Shown here: one piece after another, positions 52,223 through 64,000 of the stretch
Layout of the letters: the number at the start of each line of letters is the position of its first letter
Position numbering within the stretch: the first letter of the stretch is position 1
DNA from: Paraspadella gotoi
Lineage: Eukaryota; Animalia; Chaetognatha
Assembly: GCA_051294375.1 (NCBI GenBank)
Contig: CM119266.1
Coordinates: 23,982,411-24,046,410 of the forward strand
Direction: 5' to 3'
Length of the DNA stretch: 64,000 bases
Translations under genes and position numbers: made by a program
Notes under the pieces: model-generated
What the model was told of the DNA's origin: nothing
The model's input: the letters and a program-made list of their open reading frames with translations, nothing else
Databases searched by the model: none

Positions 52223-54633
52223 TTTAGGTTTGAAATCCGGGCTCGAAACCGCGATGACCCATCGGCGTAAATAGTATAAATCCGAAAATTTGTCCTGGCT
52301 CGAGGCGATATTCTTTTAAACGTAACAGAACAAAATTTGAGTGAAAGTTGACTCTTCTTATCAGCAGAAACAACAACAACTACAATAACAACGACGACGA
52401 CAACGAAAACAACTGGCAAATGCGATACAAGGGTGAATGAATCGGAGAGTGGGTCGCGTCGAGAGGCGAAACCTGGTCTGGGAAAAGAATCACCCTCTGG
52501 GTTTTGAAGGGGGAGTCCTGGAGTAGACGGGGGTGGCGGTGGGGGCGGCTGGAGCGGCTGGAGTGGCTGGAGCGGCGAGGAGGCGTGTGGCGACTGGAGT
52601 GGGGGTTTATACTTGAAAAGGAATATAAATCTAGAAGGAAAAAAGTGGGATAATAAATTATAAGTATAAATTAAAATGAAACTTTCGTTGTAAATTAGCC
52701 ATTTGACCAATTTGTATGTTTGTTTAACAGAGAGTTGGTCGAGTGAATTGTAATAGTTGGCTCGTTAAAGGGGGATGATCTGTATGGATTTCCCCGGGTC
52801 TACAGAGAACGAACGTAATGGTTTTTAGTTACGACAAAGTTTTACCAATAACAAGAGCGACTCGGGTCACTGGGGAAAATCCCAAAACGCGGGGAAATTC
52901 AAAAATTCGCCGGAAACGCGAGGTGAAAACGCGAGTGGGGGGAGGGAAGATAGTGGGAGGACGTAAACCGGGGAGGGGGGTGGGGGAGACAAAGGGGGGA
53001 TCTATCGGGGAGGTCGCTTTGCCGGCGATAGAAAGAGACGCTTCGTTATGAATTGTCTGTCAAAATGAACATTGTTTTTTTTTCTCAATTCTTAACGAAT
53101 AGGTCGCACTCAAATTCTTCATTAACGGAAGAAGACATTATTGTTAGAAATTATAATGGAGAGGCTCGGATGGTTAGCGAGAACGAGAACGGTTTTATTA
53201 AGGAGGGTAATTCGATACAATAGATATAAAGATAGCATCTTCCTCGTCGTCGTCGTCGTCGTCCCCAAGTGGATTGCCGACGGGATCCCTAGAAAAGATG
53301 GAAAATAACGATAAGACCAATAACTCGGTTAAATGTGAACTCTGAAAATTTTGTTTCATTGTGAGTTACTTTTTTTTTTTTTACTATAGTTACATTAAAC
53401 TCTAAATTAGAGGGGCGACATTCTTGTTGAAACATTGATTGTTTCACCATGAATCGGTCAATGAAATCGATTAGAAAGGAGAAAACGAGATAGGAAAAAA
53501 AAAGTTTTGTTATAAAATTTGGTTGGAAATGACGTGTTTCCCAGTCCGGAGGAGAAAACTAAATAGCTGGCCATCAAATTTTAAACGCTAAGTTGGATTC
53601 GGAAGTGTTCTGCGTTTCCTATCACTATCGAAGTCAACACTACGTGGAAAATTACAATATTATTTGCAAAAATTAAATTAGTATAATACTTAGGAATTAT
53701 CTTTATTCATGAGGAAGTCCAACTGTGAAATATTTTGAGATCATGTACGTGGACAACCCTCTCCAACTCTTCAAGTTCAAACCTGACTGATTAAGCATCG
53801 AGAATGTCAAATCAAGCGTCAGGTGACGCGACCCCCGAGTTAGACACCGACGCGAAGGATGGTAGAATAGTGACCCGGGAATCGCGACCCCTGGAATGAG
53901 AAAGTGACCGCACTTCTCCGAGGCTGCGGGCGGGATGAGGGGGCGGATCCTGGAGTCATAATAGAGGAGTGATTGGCAGAGGTGGCTGCTTCTAATAAAT
54001 AGAGATTTAAAAGGAAGATTGACCGAGAGAATAACGTGTACAAATAAATCCGAGAATTTCCTTGACTCTGTTATGTTTTATTTCACCAGTGATTTCGAAA
54101 GTAAAGTATTTCCTAGGTTTACAATTACTTTTGGCAAATAATTTTTTTCCCTCAGAGACGTGCATAGTTTCGTTTTATGTTTTCCTTCCTCTCCTTTTTC
54201 AATTCAAAACTGGCATGCATTTTTTTCATTAATTTTCAAAATAAGAAAAAAATAAAAAGAAAGTATTTGAAAAATTAATACAAAATAATTAAAATTCAAA
54301 TTAAGTTCGAAATGTTTTGTTTTTTTTTAGATTGAGTATGCGAACTTTAAAACCGATTCTCCTTTCTTAAAAATAAGCATCCCCGCACTACGAAATTGAG
54401 AAATAAAACAAAATCGTAAAATATTGCTTTTTTTAAAATTTTTTTTAGCGATATATATCGGTCTGAGGGGCGGGCATTATGCGGAGAAAAACCCAAGTTC
54501 CCCGCAGAGAAAATCAAATTCGACATTAGAATATTTAAATTCGGGACGCCCAAACATTAATGGGTTTTTTAAACCTTTTCACCGCCTTTCTATCGAGTGG
54601 AGATGAAGACTCAAAAAATGCCTGGGCACAAAG

Positions 54634-54701
<68 letters not shown>

Positions 54702-55057
54702 TTTTATTCCTGCTTACTTTCACTTCAGGGTAACAAACAGGGTAACTCATAAACCACAAAAAGTAAATGCTCATTGCTGAATTTCGGTATCTGAAAATTC
54801 TTCCTCAATAAATTATTTCTAACCACTAATACGTGTTTGAAAATCGGTCAAAGATCCCCTGACAACACACCGGTTTTCCCATTTTTAACTGACACCGTCT
54901 GAGGTGCTCCGTCCCAACTCCCACCTCCCACCTCCCTCGACCCATACCCACCTCATATCTCGGGGACGTGGCCAAGTTTATGACTCTAGCTTCGGGTCAA
55001 ACGTTCGCTCGCCAGGATTCCCCTACTTTTCACACGTACATGTTTTTATCGAGCACA

Positions 55058-55119
<62 letters not shown>
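52223..55119. repeat. ~2.9-kb block duplicated at 61055-64000
   Basis: Collinear from TTTAGGTTTGAAATCCGGG through to the CT run; the copies differ mostly by 1-3 bp indels. Confidence 0.92.
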
Positions 55120-55123
<4 letters not shown>

Positions 55124-56905
55124 CTCTCACTTTCTATTTTTTCTTTCTTTCATCGTTCTCCTTTCGCTTAATTATTCTAATTTTTAAACTAAGAGTACTA
55201 AAATTAGCTGCATTTGATTAATTAGGTAAAAATATGTTAAGACTTAAGAACTACAGATAAATTTTATTTTTTTCTTTCTAGACCCACTTCACCTTGGACT
55301 GATTTTTAAAAGGGAAAACAACCATGTCGTCGCGAGTTGTGACAACGTACAATCGAGAAATATGATTGGACGGTTAGGCTTTTTCTTCCAATCAGCAATC
55401 TCCTTGACTTTCCCACCGCCTACGGGCTGAGGGGGCGCAGGAAGGAAGCGCAGCTAAGAATTTTCTTCTTTTTGAAAAAAAAAAAAAAAACTTTCATCTT
55501 TTCGAAGAAAAAAAGTTTTAGAAAAGTAGGAAGACCGATGAAAATCTTTTTTTGTTCTAATTTTCAAGTTTAATGAAAGAAATGCTCACACGTGTGTCTG
55601 TCTGGGGCGTCGGCTCTTTTTCTAGTCTTTCGAGGCCCGAAGTAAACAGTTCCAAAAATGAGGGCCGAACCAGTGATCACAGATTCTTTCTCCCACATTT
55701 CACTTCTGTTCTCACTGAACTTGAACGAAGTAACTTAACATCCTAGTCACTTTATGGTCACAGTTGTTGCCTCACGTCAAGGGGATATTTTTGAATTATG
55801 TATATATATTTTTTGTTCATTTGCTTTTTCAAGGATGTGGAATCAAAACCAGAAGTTTATTGAGTTTTTGTAAAAGTTTAACATCCTAGATTCCGTCCAA
55901 ATACCAAAACAAACGGATTGAATTTTTCCTTCGGCAGAGGGAATGTGAAATTTTTTTCCCCCTCTGAATGAAAAGTAGCCTCTTTATTCAGCCAAAGGCG
56001 ATTCACTCTTTTTTTTTTAATTCTATTTCTTTGAACATTGTTGATTTAAGGGGCTTAACTATTCTAAAATTAAAAAGAATGCGTTAAAACATTCCCTATC
56101 TGTTTCTGAGTAGAATATTTCCTCTAATCATTAAATCTTTAAACTAATGACGTGAGCAGAGTTCAGAACCAGAAACTAAGATCGATGAGAAGCACCGGCT
56201 GTTTTCGGCGAATTTCAGTACGCCGGGATCTGGAACCGGTTTGAGATCGAGGCACCGGGCTTGCATTCGAGTTTGTTCGTCTGAACGGCGAAATCGGCGC
56301 GTCGAAATAAACAAACAATCATTACGTCAAAGAAACAAATAAACAAACAAAAACATTTCCCAAGAAAAGTATTCGTTTCAGTTTTAAAAATTTCAAAGAT
56401 AGGGGACTGGTAGTATCCGCCGAAATTTTTATTTTTTATCTGCCGAAAAAAACAAGAAAATTTGGCTTTTTCCTCCAAAAAATTTATTGCTCAAAATATA
56501 TTAAAAGATAAGACTTGTATTTCAATATTTAGGTAAAACTTACAAAGATCAGTTTAACAATAAAGCAAAAAATTAAATATGCTAATTTAGTATTTTTTTA
56601 TTTTTTGTGATTCACATATAGTACAAAATAATATCATTTTACTTCCCATTTATACTTATAATTTTATTCTTTGTAGATTTTGCTCAAGAGGAGAATCATA
56701 GTCAAAAGAACGTTCATAGTTTAGCTCTTTTCACTTTAGTTACCAATCAACGTAAAACTGACGTTTGATTGGGACTGATTCAATGTTAAAGGCCATTCTT
56801 TGAATCAGGAAAAAAATCGTAAGCAGAAATTGATTCACTGTTTCACTGTCTTACAAATCGTCGCTTAAAGAGACAAACTGCATCATTTTCAAGTGACGAC
56901 CTGCA

Positions 56906-59900
56906 ATGGAACTACAAGATGAAGAAAAGGACGGGGCTAAAGTTGACCTGAATCGAATCGTTAAAGCGAAGCAAAGAATCTCCTCATTCGTCCACTTTAC
57001 TCCCGTCTTCACCAATCAAACGCTGGACAAGATTGTCGCAGAAGACGGTAGGTTTGGAAGACCGTGTGCCGCTTTGGGAAAGTTGAGACACATTCCTTGC
57101 TTTGGACTTTCCTAAATCCTAACTATGAGGGCCGTAAAATTTTACTACGCACACAAACCTACAAGCATCGCCGAGACTAGCTTTTAAAAATAATTTTCTT
57201 TTTTTTCCCCAAAAACAATCTTAAACTTGTTTCAGGTCCTCCAGAAATCGAGATTTTTTGCAAAAGCGAATTTCTCCAGAAAACTGGTTCCTTTAAAGTA
57301 CGAGGTTCGCTCAATTCCGTCTTGGCTCTGAAAGGTATTAATTAATCTATTTATATATCTATATAATATCTATCTATATAATCTAGTTTATCAATTATCG
57401 ACAATTTTTTTTTTATTCAATTTTTTTTAATACTCAAAAATATCTGAAGAGGCCTTCAGTGACTGTCTCAGCCTCACAGACTTCGGGGATCAGACTAATC
57501 CTTTAAAAACATTTAGTGGTAAAAGAGTAAAGCCTCTTCGTAATTAAACTTAATTTTTAACTCTCAATTCCTCCAACGCCCTTTTCTCTCCCCCCCCCTT
57601 CTCCGTCCAGAGCGCGAATCCTCCTTCGACGCCGACAACCGCTCCCGCGGCGTCGTCACCGAAAGCAGCGGCAACAACGGCGCCGCGTTGGCGTGGGCGG
57701 CGTCCGTCGCCGGGTATCCCAGCGTCGTTGTCATGACTCCCGGCAGTTCCGATTACAAGAAAACGTTGATAGGTGAGAATGGAGGTTTTCGAGGTATTTG
57801 ATTTTGTTTATTGTTGTTTATTATTGTTTATTGTTGTTTATATCGTTCTTATTGTGTTATTGTTGACCTTTGTGTCGCCAATTGATCATTTTCGTAGGCA
57901 AAGTCGGCATTCGGCAATTTACAGTCCAAATAAACAGTATCAACAACTGAAAAACAACAACAACTCCTCCAACAGGTTCGTACGGCGCCGAGATCGAAAT
58001 GACGCCGGAAGCGACGACGACGGCTCGAAAGGACGCCGTCAAACGCGTCGTCGAAACGAGAAACTTCGCCGCCATCTACGACGACGACGAACTCATTGCT
58101 GGACAAGGGACGATGGGGCTGGAGCTGTTGGAACAGGTTGGAGCGAGGATAGGGGTTGAGATGGGGCTGGACCGGGTGTTAATATAGAAACGGCAGGGAA
58201 AAGGAATCGAACCTTCAAATAAAACTGTCCGAGGCGACGCTTTCTCTCGATCGGATATACGCGTCGCTCTTTATCGTTTCTTAAAACTACTAAAGCTACA
58301 ACAACGATTTTTTTTGGGGGGGGTTTCCTTTTTCAGACCGTTATCCATAGCTATATTTATTTTTATGCTTTCATATGCAAATTTATTTAAACATTCCGTG
58401 GTTTATAACATCATCAACAAGGACAACAGCGCAAACAGTAAACGATAAACGTCCTTCCCTGCGAATGTAAGCGATATATCCCCTTTTTTTCGAGAGCGAA
58501 ATTGTAAATTCTTCAAAGTGTCCCCTTTGACGCGGACGATTCCCGCGCCCTCTTCTCGTAAAAATATCACCTCTTTGACGTCGTTGAGCGGATATAAATC
58601 CCTCGGCCCGACGTCGACGTCCGAAAAAAAAAGTAAACAAACAGAAGGGAATCGAGGAGACTGGGTCAGAGACCTGGCCTGACTTGAGGAGATTCGGGGA
58701 AGGATATAGGACGCTTGAGTTTTTTAGTAGTTTATTATTATTTAAAATTTTTTATAAGAATATTTTGGCCAGAGATAACGTCAAAAAACAAGTAATCTAC
58801 AATTTAATACGGCGACGTTGAAATTTCTAAAAATATAGACGGGCAACGCCAAAAAAAGTTTTGGGTTATTATTTCCTTCGCAACTGAAAGTCAAATCAGA
58901 CCGACCTGTAGTCGGGCATTGCCTAAGTTCATCCCGCCTATAAGCATGACTCCTTCAGTTTTGACCCGGTGGCTCATTGACCACTAGGTACCGAGTTCAA
59001 TCCCAACCTGGTATCTACCGCCTTGGAGGCCTAGAAAACCCTCATGCCTGGTACCAGCCCAGGAGGAGAAAAAGGGAGAAAAAATGAAAGAGTCGATTCT
59101 CCGTGAAATGGAGATCTCCTTTTGTTTCGAGAAAAAAAAAAAGAGAGGCTACGGTAATGACGATTTAAATCTTTCGTTTTAACCTTCGAACTTTAGACTT
59201 TCCAAGGACGCATCTTCGAAATAAACGGACCGCTCTCTCTTTCGAAGGGACGGACTCTTCGAATTAAGTAGAGCGAACACAGTTTTTTTTTTCGTTTTGG
59301 AATGTTTTCTTTTTTGGCCCGTTCGTTAGAGGATCGAACCTAAAAAAAAATAGATGCTGTTACTCGATTTGTGGACTCGGGATTCGATCCAGGGTCGAGC
59401 CGTGCCGGTTATGTATGAATTTCTTTTTTCTATTATCTTTTGTTTTTTTTGTTTTTTTTTTTTGTGAGTCGTTCAAAGAAGAAAGTTTACATCATATTTG
59501 GATTACGGACCAGGCAATGAATGACGACAACCCCAACCCGAGATGCTGCTGCGATGTTCTCTCAAAAAAAAATCTCCGGGGTCTTTAGGCGCTAATGAGG
59601 GGAAAAGTCTCCTCGTTATCTGTTTCCAGGCGGAGATTAAAAGTTGAGACTTGAGACGAGTCTTCGGTGGTGATGAGAGCTTAAAAGCGACGAGAGATTC
59701 TGGACTGAAAACTGTTAAGGTTCACAGTTGTTTCTAGTTTCGCTTGACGGCTCATCTTTCAGTAGGCTTGGAAGACGGTATGAACAAACAAAGGGGGAAA
59801 AGAAGGGACAATGTAATCGTATTTATAAATACGAAGATATTTCTTTAATAAGAAACTTCGCCAATTAAAATATAGGTCCATTTCTTAAAAAAAAAGAATA

Positions 59901-60274
59901 AATAAATAAAAAAAATAAAAAAATAAAGCGAAAACTTAGCAATTATTCATTCAACCTGTGGTAAAATGTGTCCGAAAATTTAAGGGTTTACTCTCGACTA
60001 AAACCATACTTTTTTTGTCTTTAAAACTTTAATTATTCATTCATTTCTTTCCCTTATTTTTCGCTTTCTCCTTTGCTCACTATTCACTCAAACCGTCGCC
60101 CTGTCAGCTCACCTTGCCGCCTTCACGATGGTTTCACCCACGCATCAATCTCTCTTACCCTCGTTCATTACCCTCCCTTCTCCCTCCCTCGCCCCTCGCC
60201 AGAAAAATGCTTTCTCAACCAGTCGGTGATAATGAAAGGACGCATTCTTCGCTCGACCGTTGCGGAGTCACGCC

Positions 60275-60353
<79 letters not shown>

Positions 60354-61036
60354 AGAGAGAAGAAGAGAGAGAGAGAGTGACGAGGAATAGAGATGGAAAG
60401 AGAGGTAGGCAGGAAGGTAGGAAGGGAGAGGGTGAGGGGAGAAGGAATAAAGGTAGAAAGATAGAAGNNNNNNNNNNNNNNNNNNNNNNNNNNNNNNNNN
60501 NNNNNNNNNNNNNNNNNNNNNNNNNNNNNNNNNNNNNNNNNNNNNNNNNNNNNNNNNNNNNNNNNNNNNNNNNNNNNNNNNNNNNNNNNNNNNNNNNNNN
60601 NNNNNNNNNNNNNNNNNNNNNNNNNNNNNNNNNNNNNNNNNNNNNNNNNNNNNNNNNNNNNNNNNNNNNNNNNNNNNNNNNNNNNNNNNNNNNNNNNNNN
60701 NNNNNNNNNNNNNNNNNNNNNNNNNNNNNNNNNNNNNNNNNNNNNNNNNNNNNNNNNNNNNNNNNNNNNNNNNNNNNNNNNNNNNNNNNNNNNNNNNNNN
60801 NNNNNNNNNNNNNACGTATTGTATATTTACGACTGTTAATAATAATAATTGTAAGAAACATCTCAGGTCCCGGACCTGGACGCCGTCCTCGTTCCGGCGT
60901 CGTCCGGCGGGATGTTGGCCGGCGTCGCCATCGCCGTCAAAAGCCTCAAACCGGAAGTGAGAGTCTATGCGGTGGAACCGAAGGGGAAGAACACGGAAGC
61001 GTCAATGAGGAAGGGAAGGAGAATGTGGAAGAACGA
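56906..61036 (+). CDS. SRR: Serine racemase / serine-threonine dehydratase family PLP enzyme, 5' partial; exons 56906-57047, 57236-57334, 57611-57772, 57976-58136, 60867-~61036
   Basis: GT-AG introns with compatible phases give RIVKAKQRISSFVHFTPVFT, IFCKSEFLQKTGSFKVRGSLN (PLP lysine), GVVTESSGNNGAALAWAA, SYGAEI, IAGQGTMGLELLEQ|VPDLDAVLVPASSGGMLAGVAIAVKSLKPEVRVYAVEPKGK. C-terminal exons are not in the window. Family is secure; exact substrate is not. Confidence 0.85.
60468..60813. other. Assembly gap (346 N) inside racemase intron 4
   Basis: Run of N. Confidence 0.99.
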
Positions 61037-61054
61037 GTGCAATTAAGAGAGAGA

Positions 61055-63963
61055 TTTTAAGGTTTGAAATCCGGGCCTCGAAACACGATGACACGCATCG
61101 GCGGTAAATAGTATAAATCCGAAAATTTGTCTGCTCGAGCGATATTTCTTTTAAACGTAACAGAACAAAATTGAGTGAAAAGTTGACTCTTCTTATCAGC
61201 AAAAACAACAACAACTACAATAACAACGACGACGACAACCGAAAACAACTGGCAAATGCGCTACCTAAGGGTGAATGTAATCGGAAGAGTGGGTAGCGCG
61301 TCGAGAGGCGAACCTGCGTCTGGGAAAAGAATCACCCTCTGGGTTTGAAGGGGGAGGTCCATGGAGTCAGACCGGGGTGGCGGTGGGGGCGGCTGGAGCG
61401 GCTGGAGCGGCTGGAGCGGCGAGGAGAGGGTGGCGACTGGAGTGGGTTTATAGCTTGAAAAGGAATATAAATCTAAGAAGGAAAAAAGTGGATATAATTA
61501 ATAAGTAAATTAAAGAAACTTTCGTTAGTAAATTTAGCCATTTGACCAATTTTGTAATGTTTGTTTAACAGAGAGTTGGTCGAGTGAATTGTAATCAGGG
61601 CTCGTTAAGCGGGATGATCTGTATGGATTTCCCCGCGTCTACAGAAACGAACGCTAATGGTTTTTAGTTTACGACAAAGTTTTAACCAATACAAGAGCGA
61701 CTCGGGTCACTGGGGTAAATCCCAAAACGACGGGGAAATCAAAAAATTCGCCGGAAACGCGAGGTGAACAGCGAGTGGGGGGAGGGAAGATGTGGAGGAC
61801 GTAAAACGGGGGGGGGTGGGGGAGACAAAGGGGGATCTTTCGGGGGGGAGAGGTTCGCTTTGCCCGGCGATTAGGAAAGAGGACGCTCGATTATGAATTG
61901 TCTGTCCGAAAATGAACATTGTTTTTTTATCTCATTCCTTAACGAATAGGTCGACACTCAACATCTTCATAAAGCGGAATAAGACATTATTGTTTAGCAA
62001 ATTATAAATGGATAGGCCTCGGATGGTTAGCGGAGAACGAGAAGGTTTTATTAAGGAGGGTAATTCGATACAATAATATAAAGATAGCATCTTCCTCGTC
62101 GTCGTCGTGTCGCTCCCCAAGTGGATTCCGACGGGATCCTAGAAAAGATGGAAATAACGATAAGACCAATAACTCCGTAAAATGCGTAACTCCTGAAAAT
62201 TTTGTGTTCATTTGTGAGTTACTTTTTTTTTTTTTTACTATAGTACATTAAACTCTAAATTAGAGGGGCGACATTCTTGTTGAACATTGATGTTTCACCA
62301 TGAATCGCGTCAAATGAAATCGATAGAAGGAGGAAAACGGATAGGAAAAAAAAAGTTTTGTTAAAAATTTGGTTGGAAATGAACGTGTTTCCCAGTCCGG
62401 AGGAGAAAACTACAATGCTGGCCATCAATTTTAACGCCTAAGTTGGATCGGAAAGTGTTTCTGCGTTTCCTATCACTATCGAAGTCAACACTACGTGGAA
62501 AATTACAATATTATTTGCAGAAAATTAAATAGTATATACATTACTGTAGCGATTATCTTTATTCTATGAGGAAGTCCAAACTGGTGAAATATTTTCGAGA
62601 TCATGTAACGGGACAACCCTCCAACTCTTCAAGTTCAAACCTGGACTGAATTAAGCATCGAGAATTCAAATCAAGCGTCAGAGGTGACGCGACCCCCCGA
62701 GTAGACACCGACGCGAAAGGATGGTAGAATAGTGACCGGGAATCGCGACCCCTGGAATGAGAAAGTGGTACCGCACTTCTCCGAGCGCGGGCGGGATAGG
62801 GAGGCGCGATCGGAGTCATAATGAGAGGATTTGGCGAGGTGGCTGCTTCTAATAATAAGAGATTTTAAAAGGAAGATGACCGAGAGAATAACGTGTACAA
62901 ATTAAATCCGAGAATTTCCTTGACTCTGTTATGTTTTATTTCACCAGTGGATTTTCGAAAGTAAAGTAATTTCCTAGGTTTAACAATTACTTTTGGCAAA
63001 ATAATTTTTTTTCCCTCAGAGACTGCATAGTTTCGTTTTATGTTTTCCTTCCTCTCCTTTTTCGAATTTCAAAACTGGCATGCATTTTTTTCATTAATTT
63101 TTCAATAAGAAAAAAATAAAAAGAAAGTAATTTGAAAATTAATACAAAAATAATTAAAATCAAATTAAGCTTTCGAAATGTTTGTTTTTTTTTTAGATTT
63201 GAGTATGCGAACTTTAAAACCGATTCTCCTTTTCTTTAAAAATAAGATCCCCGCACTAAAACGAAAATTTGAGGAAATAAAACAAATCGTAAATATGTGC
63301 TTTTTTTAAAATTTTTTTTAGCCGAATATATCGGCTGAGGGGCGGGCTTATGCGGAGAAAAACCCTTAAGTTCCCCGCAGAGAAAAAAATATCGACAATT
63401 AGAATATTTTAAATTCGGGACGCCCATATACATTAATGGGTTTTTAAACCTTTCACCGCCTTTCTATCGAGTGGAGTATGAAGGACTCAAAAAAATGCCT
63501 GGGCACAAGCTCTCTCTCTTCTTCTATCTCTCTCCTCTGCTCTCTCTCTTCTCTCTCTTCTCTCTCTTCTCTCTCGTCTCTCCTTTTTAGTTCCTGCTTC
63601 ACTTTCACTTCAGCAGTAAATAACAGTAACTCATAAACCACAAAAGTAAATGCTCATTGCCTTGAATTTCCGGTATCCTGAAAATTCTTCCTCAATAAAT
63701 TATTTCTAACCACTAATACGTGTTTGAGAAATCGGTCAAAGATCCCCTGAAACCCACCGGTTTCCCATTTTAACTGACACCGTCTGAGCGTGCTCCGTCC
63801 CAAACTCCCACCTCCCACCTCCCTCGACCCATACCCACCTCATAATTCGTGGACGTGGCCAAGTTTATGACTCTAGCTTCGGGTCAAACGTTCGCCGCCA
63901 GGATTCCCCACTTTTCACACGTACATGTTATCGAGCACATTATCCCTCGCTCTCTCTCTCTCT

Positions 63964-63999
<36 letters not shown>

Positions 64000-64000
64000 T
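61055..64000. repeat. Second, noisier copy of the 52223-55119 block (probable assembly artefact)
   Basis: Starts abruptly about 20 nt after racemase exon 5 and 240 nt after an N-gap; dense small indels relative to copy 1. Confidence 0.85.

Noticed and set aside
58965-59070. B-box-like GAGTTCAATCCC with an upstream GGTGGCTCA, a possible second SINE or tRNA fragment
   Set aside because: No cloverleaf and no second copy in the window; too little to call.

Overview
Eukaryotic window from an invertebrate animal: AT-rich, full of (GA)n/(CT)n, (TTTC)n and (GAC)n microsatellites, with GT-AG spliceosomal introns. Supported genes: tRNA-His(GUG) at 16-87; a 6-exon ADPRM-family Mn2+-dependent ADP-ribose/CDP-alcohol diphosphatase (1970-4405, +) with an unexpected N-terminal membrane anchor; a complete clade-B (type V/XI-like) fibrillar procollagen encoded by one uninterrupted 5331-nt ORF (43263-48593, -); and the first five exons of a serine-racemase-family PLP enzyme (56906-61036, +) with unusual active-site loops. 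Mobile DNA: two copies of a tRNA-headed SINE-like element and a ~3.4-kb foldback-type inverted repeat with a nested MITE. Several near-identical, indel-rich duplications (a frameshifted collagen copy, a triplicated ~1.2-kb block, a 2.9-kb block) lie beside or near N-gaps and are most likely long-read gap-filling or haplotype artefacts. The most striking biology is the intronless fibrillar collagen, followed by the membrane-anchored ADPRM and the divergent racemase. All family calls come from motif recognition by eye, not database searches.
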